From assembly GCA_964234715.1 (NCBI GenBank), contig OZ174281.1: a stretch of DNA of 64,000 nt; one strand, 5' to 3'. Both the position numbers and the translations under genes were made by a program. Source of the stretch: Podarcis melisellensis (taxonomy: Eukaryota). Positions 51,304 through 64,000 of the stretch are shown one piece after another. The notes under the pieces are model-generated. The model was not told the DNA's origin, did not search any database, and saw nothing but the letters and a program-made list of their open reading frames with translations. Each line of letters starts with the position of its first letter. Within the stretch, counting starts at the first letter, position 1.

Positions 51304-51522
51304 AAGGTAAAGGTAAAGGGATCCCTGACCATTAGAGCCAGTCGTGGTAAACGGCGTTTCCGTGCGCTGCCCTGGTTCGCCAGAAGCACCTTAGTCATGC
51401 TGGCCGCATGACCTGGAAGCTGTATGCCAGCTCCCTTGGCCAATAAAGTGAGATGAGTGCTGCAACCCCAGAGTCTGTCACGACTGGACCTAATGGTCAG
51501 GGGTCCCTTTACCTTTACCTTT
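51304..51522. mobile_element. Sauria SINE 3' half (+) fused to an inverted SINE tail (-)
   Basis: 51304-51346 is the near reverse complement of 51479-51522. Confidence 0.85.
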
Positions 51523-54500
51523 AAGTGGTTTAAAGCTTTCAATGAAGATGTATGATAACCAGTTTTTACCTATAGTGTTGTAGGTTCTTATATATAATTC
51601 CCCAGGAAAATAGGAAATCCAAAACAGGACATGCTGCAATTGTGGAAAAACCAGTTCTTCCCACACAACTTCATTTAGATGCTTTCTCCTCTTCTTTGCT
51701 TTTTTTTTTTAACAACAAAAGCCTTAAGTTAAAGTTTTATTTATGATTTATCCACTGAAAAAGGGCACTTTATCCCTTTCTTTTTATGAGACTGCATTTA
51801 ATTTTATTGTTTTATAAATATGTATGCTTGCTATTTTCCCTCTCTATTGAGATAGTTATATGAAATGCAAGCAGTTCGAAGACAAGATTGCTAATATGGC
51901 CTACATTTTACCCGTTTGCTGGAAATAATTTCTCAATAACACATATTTTCTTGGTAAGACTTGCTGTATCTTTCAAACATGAACAATTGTCAGGTTCTTC
52001 CAAAACCTTAAAAGCTGTTAGGCACTCGCATCTTTTTGGAAATGTGAGGAGGGTTAAGAGGACTGACTCTTCTGTTGACTCAACGTCTTTCACTTTGAAA
52101 TACACAATGTCACAATGCAGAGTCAAACAAAATTAATTGTAACTGTAAAAGACTACATTAACTGTGTGTGAGAGAGACAATATTATTACAAAGTGAATGG
52201 AAGAAATTGTAGGCTCCTGAGAGTTGGGCAATTCACTGGCTCTGTCTCCTGCCGGGTTAGCAAAAACAAACTTTCTTTACCCAAGCTGTATGTTGCAGCT
52301 TTATTCAGCTCACATTACTCAGCAGGCAAGACCCCCCAAAATAAATTAATTGTAGCTATTGATTGTGTGCTACCTACAGTAGTAATGACCAGAGGTGTAT
52401 GCATTACTAGATAACAGTGGCAGTGTTCACATCAATCAGTGTTTGGTCATACATGGAATCCTAATGAAAGTGCTTGACAACGTTTGAAATTCTGTGCTCA
52501 TTCTTTAATACATCGTAAGTTCACACACACATTGTTTTTTGTATTCTCTGAGTTTATGGCCTCTCAGTTAAAACCTATAAAAATACTGTTCAGGGTAAAG
52601 ATTAAATTCAGCAAACATAGTATAGAAAATATAAGCTAAGGGTCTGGTGATTTCAGTATTGACTTCCAAATATGTAGTAACTTTTATGGTGACCTCCTGA
52701 AGATTGTTCGAAATTTTCCATGTTGAAAACCTGTTTTCATTCAGCCATTTTCTAGTGCTGCTTAGTTTACATTTTAAAAAATTTCAACAAATCAGCTAGA
52801 ATGTGATATCTAATATTTAGCTCAATTAAATATCAACAAGGCGTTCTATCTTTCCCCATCCTTGGGTTTAAAATGTATATTTCACAGACCTGTAGAGTGC
52901 AAATTAGGTGGGGCTGTTTTGTCAGTTTCTCTTCCCCTTTCTGTGCTAATTTTCTTTTCTGTATGAAGTTGGATAATGCCTTTTGTTTCCTGTACTCTTG
53001 TATTCCCTGATGCTTAAATTGATTTGGAGTCCTAGTTTCCTGCCTGGAATACTGTATGCAGATGCTGAAACTAGCAAGGTTAAAAGTTTCAGTTGAGTTC
53101 CACCCCCCCCCCCCAAAAATCCTACATTCCTTTGAGAGGCTCTGTAGCAGTTTGTCTGCAATTTGGAAGTCTTAATCCACTCTGGAGGGGCTCCTTTGTA
53201 TATAAATTTCATCCACTTCAGCCAAAAGGGAGGATTATGAGCATTTTATAGATTCCACATTATAGTGAATGGGAAAACACAGAACTTCATTTCATTCAGA
53301 GTGGCTCAGGAGCTGAACTACAGAACAAAGTGTGACTCAAAAAAAATCAGACTACAAATGCAGAGATGATGATATATAGGGCAGATTTGAAGCCCTTGCA
53401 TACACCCTAATATCTACTGCTGTCCCTGCCTTTTCTGGGCCTTTTGACCCTCTGTAAACACTATTTTTGCCCCCCCCCCATCTGTACCCAGGTGCCCACA
53501 TGTCTATTTTAAGAGATCATTTCATGCATCAGCCAAAGTGGACTCCAGATTGTAAAAGCTTTTGTTACACTGTACTAAAATTTGCTACTCTTTATGCTGC
53601 CCTGACTCTTAATGTTTTTATTGTTCATGCCAGTGTTGTTATAGTTGGGCAGCATTTAAAAGCTTCTAGGTTTTGGAACTGTGGCCTATTTCTGCAGGAT
53701 ATATGATGGCGGGAGGGGGGAGATTCATATTTCACATCATTGAAATAGGTGCAAATTAAGTTTTAATATGTGCTAGTTCATACTATATTGTATGAAGTAA
53801 TAAATAAAAGTGAACCTATTGGAATTGCTAACAACAACAACAACAACAACATCGGCTAGTTGATGATGCATAAATAGTGGAACTTTTAAGTGCCTTGAAG
53901 GATTGTTAATCACAGTTCATGTAAATCATGTTACATATTTGCATGCATTGTAAAACATTGATTTCATTTTTGCTGAAGCATTAAAAGTGAAAACAAATGC
54001 TGTATCTGTAGTAATGCTAATGCCAACAATAACTTTGATACATACATTTACTTTACTAATTTTGTACATCATTTACCGTACATTTCCAGCTAAATTAAAT
54101 AGCCACATTTATTCATTTCAGCTCCATTATTAGATATGGGGGTGGACAGTTAGATGGAATAACTTGGGAAAGGAAATATCAATACTTAAGAGGGGCTTAT
54201 TTTAAAAAGAAAAACGTTCTAGGCCTATGCCCTATTAATTTACAACACTCCTGTTCAACTGCTTTTACAGAAAGAAAAAATGAATGTCAGACTTTAAATG
54301 TACAGCCAGCTAATTGAAAGTTTTAAATATATGCTTCTGCTTTAAGTAAAGTATGTTTCTGTATCAGCTGGGAATGAGCTCTCTGAGAGGAAGTGTGAAG
54401 TTGCCAAATAATTAGTGATGACTGGCAAATGAACTTGTCTAACAGCAACTTCTCAGCTCCTTTGTAGCTGTTGCCTAAGGAATATATAGCACATTGGTGA

Positions 54501-55044
54501 ACCATAGAATAATTTGAGAGAGAGAATTTGGGCCAAGTCCCAATTTAGATTTCTCTGGGCCTTTCCCACTGCAGCACTTTTATTTGGAAAATGCCACTAC
54601 TAGACCATTTGTTAGTGACAACTGATCTCTTAATAAGAAACTCAATTTTCTTCAGATTTTAAACATTACTTTCCAATGATTTAACAGAATTTTAAAATGT
54701 TAATATGTATGACAACAAACCATGTGGGTTTGAGTACAGTCTTTCTGGTATTACCAGCCCACTTCAACTGCTTGAAGAATTTCTTTCCATTACCATGTAT
54801 TCCTCAAATATACAAAGGTAACTTGGGTTGTTGCTATGGCAGCTGTTAGCCTTGAGAATAAAAAACGTGGGAACTGCGTTTGTCCAAGGCATAAATTCTC
54901 CTTTTTAACTAACAATAACAAATTTGTATCATTGTGCACAAAAGTCAACCAAGCTAAAGAGATAATCAAAACAACAAACAAAGCACTGTGCTCTAAATTT
55001 ATAGTATTTAATTTTGCATTGCAGTCATTCTTCGGTTTAAATAT

Positions 55045-55258
55045 GGTTCGGGATGAATATTCTCGGGTTGCGCTCCGCAGCGACCCGGAAGTAACGGAGC
55101 ACGTTACTTCCAGGTTTTGCCGCTCTCACATGCACAGATGCTCAAAATGACGTCACGCGCATGCGAGCAAGTGGCGACCTGCGTTCGCGGGTTGCGTTCG
55201 CTTCAGGATGCGAACGGGGCTCCGGAATAGATCCCGTTCACATCCAGAGGTACCATTG
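55045..55258. mobile_element. Partial Tc1/mariner-like MITE
   Basis: CpG-rich; ends GAGGTACCATTG|TA; left TIR not seen. Confidence 0.6.
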
Positions 55259-55350
55259 TATTTTTATGCTGAACTGCTAGACGTTAGTCACTTTAGTTAC
55301 AGGAGTGTTTCTTTCCTAGGATGTCCCCCTTTTCCTTCACCCCCCTAAAC

Positions 55351-55555
55351 CAGAGCTTTCCAAACTTTACATGTTGGTGACACACTTTTTAGACATGCAT
55401 CATTTTGCGACACAGTAATTTAGTTTTACTAGCAAACTGAAGGTTAAACTAACCCCTTTCCAGTCCTGGGAGGAGCGTGGGGAACGTTCATACTATACAC
55501 CTAACACTGCAGCCAACACACTAACATGTCACAACACACAGTTTGGAAAGCTGTG
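55351..55555. mobile_element. hAT MITE with termini related to the Pack element
   Basis: CAGAGCTTTCCAAAC / GTTTGGAAAGCTGTG; perfect TSD CCCTAAAC (55343-55350, 55556-55563). Confidence 0.85.
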
Positions 55556-55737
55556 CCCTAAACTGAATCTTCTGTTGCATTCCAACTGTCAATATGCTTC
55601 CAGAAGTCCATTGCTTAGTCCTACATCAGGAAAGAAGCCTTATCATCATTCATTGCAGGGGGTTGGACTAGCTGACCCTTGGGGTCCCTTCCAACACTTA
55701 AGATTCTATGATCTTGATGTTCTATTATGGTCACAGC

Positions 55738-55869
55738 CAGTGCTATTTTTTAGAAAAAGAGGTGCTGGAACTCACCATGAACGCCTCTTTTGCTCTTTCA
55801 GTGGCAACGGTGTTTACCTGAGAGGTGCTGGAATTGAGTTCTGGTGAGTTCTGACTCAAAAAAGCCCTG
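55738..55869. mobile_element. Short hAT-like MITE
   Basis: CAGTGCTATTTT / AAAAAAGCCCTG; TSD GTCACAGC/GTCTTAGC (6/8); internal GAGGTGCTGGAA repeat. Confidence 0.55.
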
Positions 55870-57526
55870 GTCTTAGCTGTTGTAAACAAATGCCTCCATT
55901 CTTCCCTAATAACCAGCATTTTGTCTTCTGATTCCTGTTCAGTTATGTGAGTGCTGTTGCTTATGTGGCCAAAACGGTAATGTTTAAGAGGGAAGTATTG
56001 GAAAATATGAAGCTGTGTGTCTCCTCTTTTTGGATTGCAAGTTTTTATTTGATAAGAGTTATATGCCATTTTATACCAAGAAAGTGTCTTAAGGGGGTTA
56101 CAAAAGTAACAAATATATTTATAAACAATGAAACTGAAGAACTAGAATACAAAATAAAATAATAACTTTTTCCCCTAAAGCAAAATATAGTAGTACCTTT
56201 TTTTGGAAACAATTTCACTCTTATTACCAAGGGACACATTTACTCATAATAAGCAAAACTCATCCCAGTAATACATGCATATTCCCCTCCAGATTCTATT
56301 TTAAATGTATTCTCTTTCAATGTATTGCCTTCTACAGAAATACAAATAATGTACTACCACCTACCCATCCGTATCACTCGTCCCATTTCACTTCCACAAC
56401 TCACACACATCCATCATTAAAAATACATTATCCACTCCGTTACTCCAATATCTCCCTCTCATTCGTCACATTGCTGTTTCCAATCATTCTACTGTTTCTG
56501 CTAAAAATGTATGCAGAACCAGGAGTTGACTATGCACTGTCACAACTGTAAACTATCAAAAGAAATGCATAGCAATCTGGCTCTCACCCATTTTGTTATT
56601 TCTCACCCAAGGATAGGTGGAACTGCACACACCCTTCCCTGGTACTCCTTCCTCTCACCAAAGAATAACCTCAGACATTTTCTACCCACATCATGGACAC
56701 ACCACAGGAAATAGAAACCCAACCAGCAGGAGGGCACCCTTGTTGCAACCCCGAATGCACAGGCCAAAGGGGAGAGTTCCCTTTCGGTGTCTCCCTATCT
56801 GGGGTGCCCTGCCAGTGACACCCACTGCAGCTTGCCTGTGCTGGTTTTGTAACTGGATGTCCATTATTAGCTACAGCTGGTTATACTCACTTTCTCCATG
56901 GTTCTGCCTGAACAAGACGACACTCAGGGTCAGTTGGGCTATCTAACTGGGCAGTATGGTTGTTCTTATCTTTCTCCTTTGCTCTTTATCAGCTTTAGCA
57001 ATAACAGTGTCTCCCTTGTAAGAGTTCAATAAAATACTGGATTTAAATGCATCTATAACTTGGGGGGATTGTCAGTGTGATTAACAACCATTTTCCAGTT
57101 CTCCCCCCCCCCGCCTTTTGTGCACTTCTACCATTTTTTTAGGATATCGCCTTTTGGCATATTCGGCATTTGTGTCCCTTTGTCTTACATCCCCCCAACT
57201 CAAAGCATATTAAGCTGCTACGATAATAAATGGATTCTAGCTTGCCATGAAGTTATCATGTTGCTTTTTTTCCTTAGTTCTTAAATAATGCATCAATTTC
57301 ACAAGAATGGAAAACTCCCAAGCAATTCTCCTTGTTAGATTATTTCTTTTTGTTGTATATATCTCATATAGTATAATCATTAAACTGTAACAAAAAAAGG
57401 TGGAGGTTTAGTTGATGAGGTAGCTGTAATAGGAGTTAGCAGAGTAATACAAGTCCTTTGAAAACAACAAAGAACCTGAATATATGTGATGCTAATCTGT
57501 CTCTTGTCTTTCCCTTTCATTTGTAG

Positions 57527-57727
57527 AATTGCTGTGAAAGAGTTTCCTGGAATTGTATGTCGTGAAGAATTTTGTATGTGAAGAAGACAGACCAGACCAT
57601 GTATAACATGACTTAGCCCCCTCCCCAACATGACCTCTAAGTTTGCTGCTTCTCGATAGGCATTTTTTCCTTAAAGTGATCAGTGTTGTACACATGCTTT
57701 GATCCATTTCTGATGAATGTTTTAGCC
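57527..57727 (+). other. RNF19A: 5'-UTR portion of the first coding exon of RNF19A
   Basis: Branch-like GCTAAT (57491), pyrimidine tract and TTGTAG| acceptor ending 57526; in-frame TGA at 57677. Confidence 0.7.
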
Positions 57728-58308
57728 ATGAGTTTACATCGGCAAATGGGATCTGATAGAGACTTGCAATCTTCTGCCTCCTCTGTAAGCTTGCCTTCAA
57801 TTAAAAAGGCACCAAAGAAAAGAAGGATTTCACTGGGGTCTCTCTTTCGAAGAAAAAGGGATACAAAACGCAAGTCCAGAGATATAAACGGAGGTGTGGA
57901 TGGCATTGCAAGTATTGAAAGCATACATTCAGAAATGTGTATGGACAAGAACTCTATTTTCTCTGCCTATATGTCTTCTGACAATGGAACAACCATCATC
58001 AGCAAACAGAGCGGAGACTTCATGGAGTGTCCCTTGTGCCTTTTGCGACACTCCAAGGAGAGGTTTCCGGAAATAATGACTTGTCACCATAGATCTTGTG
58101 TGGATTGCTTACGTCAGTATCTTCGGATAGAAATCTCTGAGAGCAGAGTTAATATCAGCTGTCCAGAGTGCTCTGAGCGATTCAATCCCCATGATATTCG
58201 ATTGATATTAAATGATGACATATTGATGGAAAAATATGAAGAATTTATGCTTAGAAGATGGCTTGTGGCAGACCCTGATTGTAGGTGGTGTCCTGCTCCT
58301 GATTGTGG
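57728..58308 (+). CDS. RNF19A: RNF19A (Dorfin) first coding exon: basic N-terminus, RING1, start of IBR
   Basis: [24 protein letters not shown]...[49 protein letters not shown]...[13 protein letters not shown]; start gccATG at 57728 (alternative in-frame ATG at 57713); donor GG|GTAAGT, phase 2. Confidence 0.96.
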
Positions 58309-59600
58309 GTAAGTTATTATCTCCACTCCCCTTCCTACCCATTCTAATGAAGCACATGGATCTTGTCGCCATTCTGAAATATATTATTCAGCTCATTAAA
58401 TTGCTCTAATTGTCTACTAATTTGTAACTATTTTAACATTTGAAGTTTTGTGCCTCCCTCATATTGCTCAGGTTGTGCTAAGTAGTCCTTATTGTTTCAT
58501 GGCATAGATGAAACAAAGTAAAAGAACAGACAGGCAGATATATTCTGGTAAACACTGTTATTTCACACTGTAGAGTGTTTAAAGGAGTGACTTTAGTTCC
58601 TTTAAAATAAAATAGAAATATTTTAATACACTTTGAAAAGAAACCTAGCAGTTTCTTGAGTGTAAATTGTGAAAGTTTTTATAAAATAAAGAAGTTAACT
58701 TTGTAGTTACACATCCTGGCAATGGCAGTTTTAATACCCCAAATATTGGCGGCCAGTAGAAATTCAGTATAAGAGAGCATAAACCAGTTTGTTGCTGCTG
58801 CTTGATGCTAGAATACTTTTTCCTAAGCTGCAAATGTTTTAATATTCAAGGAAACACATTTGATTGTCATCATTAAGCCAGAACAAGTGTACCCTTTGTC
58901 ATATTCTTCCCTTTCCAAGCCCACTACTTGGGAGGAGCAAGAGGGTACTTTTCATTCTAATCACTTGTTTTGCTTGGTAAAGCTCCTCTCACCACTCTCC
59001 CTGCCTTCGGTTGCCTTGTTCGGTTCCTAGCTCTGGGTTCTCAAACTTCAAGCAATCTCCTAACTGCTGTTATTCTGCTGCTATCATATAAACACCTATC
59101 TCTGACTTATTTTGTCATAGCTGTGATAACTTGGCCAAATATGAAATGTGATTGGAACAAACAAAACTTCATTAGTATAGTAAAAGCTGAATATAAAGGG
59201 TTTTTATGGGATTTGCTTTAATAATGGTGTTCATTTATTTTATGTTTTAACATGTGCTTATACCTCTATTCCTAACTGTATCCTATCCAACCTACTCTAC
59301 CCCTTACTCCTCAGCACCCACACCAGCTACTCTCACTTCCTCCAAAACCCAACTGTCATTCCCCAGACACATACCTATTCTGTCATAAGCTACCCTGTCA
59401 TTCAGCACACAACACACACAAACATTCCATCCCTCTTTCACTCCCCCCTGAACTTGCCTTACCTTAAATCATACAAACCTTCCTACACAAAATTTACACA
59501 ACAGTATGCCAACCAGCACAAATAAGATACAATGACAAATACCACGTCCTCTGCTGATTTTTAGATGATTTTAATCCTTAGCAAAACAATAACTTCAGCT

Positions 59601-59892
59601 TAAAGGTAAACGTAAAGGGACCTCAAGTCCAGTCGCGGACTCTGGGGTTGCGGTGCTCATCTCGCTTTACTAGCCGAGGAAGCCGGCGTTTGTCCACAGA
59701 AAGCTTCTTGGTCATGTGGCCAGCATGACTAAGCCGCTTCAGGCAAACCAAAGCCGCACACAGAAACGCCGTTTACCTTCCTGCCGGGAAGGTTGGCAGG
59801 AGCAGGGACTGAACAACAGGAGCTCACCCCGTTGTGGGGATTCAAACCGCCAACCTTCTGATTGGCAAGCCCTAGGCTCTGTGGTTTAGACC
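59601..59892 (-). mobile_element. Sauria SINE with internal deletion
   Basis: Matches the 16286 copy but lacks the TACCTATTTATCTACTTGCAC segment. Confidence 0.88.
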
Positions 59893-62756
59893 AATTTAAG
59901 TGTTCGTGTTTATCGTATACATGGCATTAGTATCCATGAAGTCATTAAGCCAAGCACTTTTTGCATTAAAAGTATATACTTATTCTGTGCCCTGAAGTGC
60001 TGCATTATCATGTTAGCAAGAAGATTGTGTGTAGCTAGGAACAGGTGGCTGGTGAGAAAAAGTATAGTGATGTTGTAAATAAAATAGCATGGAAAATGAG
60101 CTGGTAGTAGGGAAGTAATTGGTTTTCCATGGAGAATAACAGATGAGTATGTTTTTTCACTTCTGCATATGTTGGATAGTAATTACTAAATATCTATTGA
60201 TTGACTGAATAACTAAAAAAAAAAAATTCAGTTCTTCAGTAGTTCAAATGACAGTAATTGCATGTTCTCCAATATTGGCTTTGAATCAAATTTGGATTGT
60301 GGTCCTATTTAGAAAGAACCATTGCAGAAGCATGGTTTGCTTTTCTTGCTTTGCACTTATCATCTTGTTCTTATCAGTCCAATCCTAGACCAAAAGTATG
60401 GAGCATAAAATTCTTTTAATTTGAGATGTTGCCAGTTTTCTGGACAACGTTGTAGCTATTTTGAATGTCCTTCTCTGCCCCACTACAGCATTTATGAACT
60501 TGGAAACCTATAGATTCCAAACCATGTGTTGGAACATGTTCCAAGAGAAGACTACACATCTTCAAGAAAATACTAAAATTATAGGAGGCTAGATTTTGGT
60601 TAAACAGTAAGAGGAACTCCTTGAGAAATAGAATTGATTGACCATGGAACCAGTTACCAGATTATTGAATCAGTACAATACAATAGGTTTTTGTTCACCA
60701 CCCCTTTCCTTGATTCACAATGCTATGGATTTATTTGAGTGACTTTTCATTTTAAATGATTTTTTGTTGATTGTACCTTTTATTTTATTTTTTAATCTAC
60801 TGAGTCCTGTGTAATGTTCAGATTCAGTTTTGTGTCCTAGGTTGAGGCTTCAGTCTTGCATACACTTTTCTGGTAGGTAGCTTCATTGAACACACTTGTA
60901 TTTACTTCTCAGTGACCTTGCATATAGATTCCATTGTTAGAAATGATTCATGTGTTACAAGAGTGGTGAGGGAGCTGTTTTTGCATGGCTGGGTTGCATG
61001 TCACTCTGGTCAAGCCTGTAATTAAAGGGCTCTGCATCATTATTGTTGTTGTTATTATTAAGCCACTTCCTGTGAAACATCTCAATGCTATTTCACAATA
61101 CAATAAAAACATATATAAAACACTTGCACATATAAGAACAATTACATATCCAATACAGATTGGGATAAAAATATCCACTTTCCTTCTTGAAAGAGGAATG
61201 CCGAAAAGACAATACATGCATTAAAAACAAAAAACTGCCAAGTCTAAAAATATTTTAAGATATAAAGCAAGATATTATATGACAAATAAAGCAATAATAT
61301 AAACCAGGGATGGGGAGCATTTTGCATTGTGAGGGCTACTATATGGTGACCTTCTGAGGGAAGCATGTAATTGGTGGGCCAGAGACAAAACATGGATGTG
61401 GCTATGGATGACTCTTACTTCTTTGAGCTCAGCTACATTCCAACCACACAAAAACCAGCCAGGCAAAAGGTATCAAGGTAGCCATAGAGTAGGGTTGGTA
61501 TAGTCTGGGGAGGTGGCATGAGCTGGGCCTTAGTCCCAAGTGTCAGATAGAAATGCTTGGAGGGCTGCATTTAGCTCCTGGACCTGAGGTCCCCCCCCCC
61601 CCCGATATAAACAGTCTGCACCCAGAAGTGTGCTGATTTTTAATATATGGTGCATCAGTTCTCTTTTGTTGACTAGCAAGTTCTGTGAGTGGCCTGCTTC
61701 ATATGTCATGCTAAGCCAAACCATGGCTTGGCACAATTGCACAGGCTCCCAGGGCAAAGATCAGAGAACTTTGCTCCTCCCCGTTGTTGTTGTGCTGTGC
61801 TGTTGCTTAGTATGTTGAATCTGGGAATGACACAGCCCCACAGACCTTTCACACTGGCCCTTGGGACTCTCCTTAGGCTATTCCTCCTCTCCAAGTTAAA
61901 GTTTTCATCAGCCCTGCTCTGCATCCTCCTTGATTGCTGTTGCCTGGCTGGAGGATGGGGTATGTGTGTGTGGTCTGTGGAATCCTGAAGTATCTGTGTA
62001 GCTGGAATGTAGCCTAAAGTACAAAAGTGCCACTGTCCCTCCTCCTCCCCCCCCCATATATCTTTAAACAGCCTGAGGCTTGATGCTTCTAGATACTGAG
62101 AATTAGTTTCTAAGCATGTGAGAAGACTGAAATGCAGACGCCTAATGTTTTATACCTCTGTTCTCTGATTCTGCCAGCAAAGCCCCTATTTCTACACAAA
62201 AGGGCAGAATCCCTGTTGGTCTATTGAACATGCCTTCCCTTCTACAAATGGCATTATTGCATTACTATTATTGATTAGAGAATGTTCATGGGGGAAAGCT
62301 GGGATTAACAGCTTAATTTCAGAGTCAAGCCTCTTGTGTATTATAAGAGACACTGTTAACTCTACAGTGCTCACTGATTTTCTGTCACATATGCACTATG
62401 TCTGTTTGATACAATGTGCCCCACTTCTCTCTGGTAGTTGTTGGGTTGGAATATGAAAATTAAGATTACCTTCAACTTTGGGTTCTCAGAAATATTATTT
62501 GAATCTAAGCTTGTTTTCAGCTGGACCTGGGCCCCTGGGATTTTACAGATTGTGGAATTCAGAGCAAACCTTGGGCCTCCACATTCCTCCCAATGCTTCC
62601 ACACCACGGAGGGAACGTAAAGGGTGAACCAGGAGATAACATTTTGAATGCAGGACCAGAGACTGCATTTTAGTGGGATCTTCTGTTCCAGGCATTGGCT
62701 GCCACTGTGATGATGAGGAAGCCTGAGATGGTCCTTATTATATTAATCGTATTTTA

Positions 62757-62925
62757 CCGTATTTTTCGCTCTATAACACGCACCCGACCATAACACACAC
62801 GTAGTTTTTAGAGGAGGAAAATCCATAGGCATGCCACCCGTAGGCATTTCCTCCATAACACGCACAGACATTTCCCCTTTCTTTCTAGGAGGAAAAAAGT
62901 GAGTGTTATGGTGCAAAAAATACAG
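62757..62925. mobile_element. Tc1/mariner (Tigger/pogo-like) MITE
   Basis: TA|CCGTATTTTTCGCTCTATAACACGCAC ... GTGAGTGTTATGGTGCAAAAAATACAG|TA. Confidence 0.8.
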
Positions 62926-63633
62926 TATATAGTAGACAAGTCACAGGATTGGAAGTAGTTTTTTTTAAAGTTATATTAGTTCATGCTATACAACATTGAC
63001 CTTTTGTTGCTTTTGAGGATAGTAGTTCCCTAGAGTTTGGCTTTAAGAGGTTTTAACAATAACTAATTTTATTCCCACAACTCAAGTTATTATATAAAAT
63101 GGCTGCAAGCAACTGGTGGGTACTCCTTTTTGCCTTAGTTTGATGAGGTGGTTTGGGGAATTTAAGATTAGACCTATTGATTACTTATTTGTCATTTGTA
63201 GTGTCTACTGTGGGCTTCACTGAACACAAGCAACTACAAGCAACTGCAATTACATAGTCTATTTGGGCTAACTCTTAACCACTAAAATGTGTGCAACTTT
63301 GAAAGACCTTAAAAAATAACACAATTATTATAGATGGCTTGAGGTCAGCACCAAGCATTTAGAATTGTGGGAATCTGGAATGTACCATTCTCATTGTTGA
63401 AACTTGGGACTTGGATCAAAGAGTACATGCTACACAGACTGTGAAATACAAGGACTTAGATTGTTAGGTTCAGGTCTTCAAAGTTTTGTTAGCTAGATCA
63501 CAATGACAATGGAGTTTTGTTTTCAGAATAAGGGATATTTCTTAATTTTCCTCTGAAAGTCAGTTTTACTGCTTGCCACTGTGCAATACTGAGAATAACA
63601 ATCTTCCTCCTACTTATTCTTGAACATTTTAAG

Positions 63634-63842
63634 GTATGCTGTAATCGCTTTTGGCTGTGCAAGCTGTCCTAAACTTACATGTGGACGTGAAGGCTGTGGA
63701 ACTGAATTTTGCTATCATTGTAAACAAATTTGGCATCCCAACCAGACTTGTGATGCTGCTCGCCAGGAGAGAGCCCAGAGTCTACGCTTGCGAACAATTC
63801 GTTCTTCGTCCATTAGCTACAGCCAGGAGTCTGGAGCAGCAG
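63634..63842 (+). CDS. RNF19A: RNF19A second coding exon (IBR domain), 209 bp
   Basis: Acceptor TTTTAAG|G completes the Gly codon; [69 protein letters not shown]; donor G|GTATTT, phase 1. Confidence 0.96.
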
Positions 63843-64000
63843 GTATTTATTACCTGAAATACTAGGTGTCTTTAAAACATTTTAAACTATCAGATAACTG
63901 TTTTGTTCACTGATTATTGATGTTTATTAAGAAAGGAGCGCTGAGTCCAGTAGCCCTTATTTCAGCATTATGCAAATGGTGCAAACTTTCATAATCAGAT

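Noticed and set aside
56240-59545. C/A-skewed tracts at about 56240-56500 and 59270-59545
   Set aside because: Probably old minus-strand LINE 3' UTRs; the family cannot be assigned by eye.

Overview
Eukaryotic genomic DNA from a squamate reptile, probably a lacertid lizard (inferred from Sauria SINEs and a tRNA-Lys/CR1-tail SINE). The only host gene is RNF19A (RBR E3 ubiquitin ligase, + strand): CpG-island promoter at about 39.4-40.65 kb, a probable non-coding exon (39829-39913), and coding exons at 57527-58308 and 63634-63842, continuing beyond the window. The first ~39 kb is upstream DNA rich in transposable elements (CR1, L2, L1, RTE, Penelope-like, SINEs, hAT and Tc1/mariner MITEs), several of them nested. 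Almost all ORF-track entries are spurious or TE-derived. The most striking feature is a 2755-bp non-autonomous hAT element (122-2876) with perfect 15-bp TIRs and a perfect 8-bp TSD. It encodes no transposase but carries captured CpG-rich host DNA, including the 5' part of SIX5 (N-terminus plus partial SIX domain, no homeodomain), so it is a Pack-type DNA transposon. All homology calls come from recalled sequences and motifs, not from database searches.
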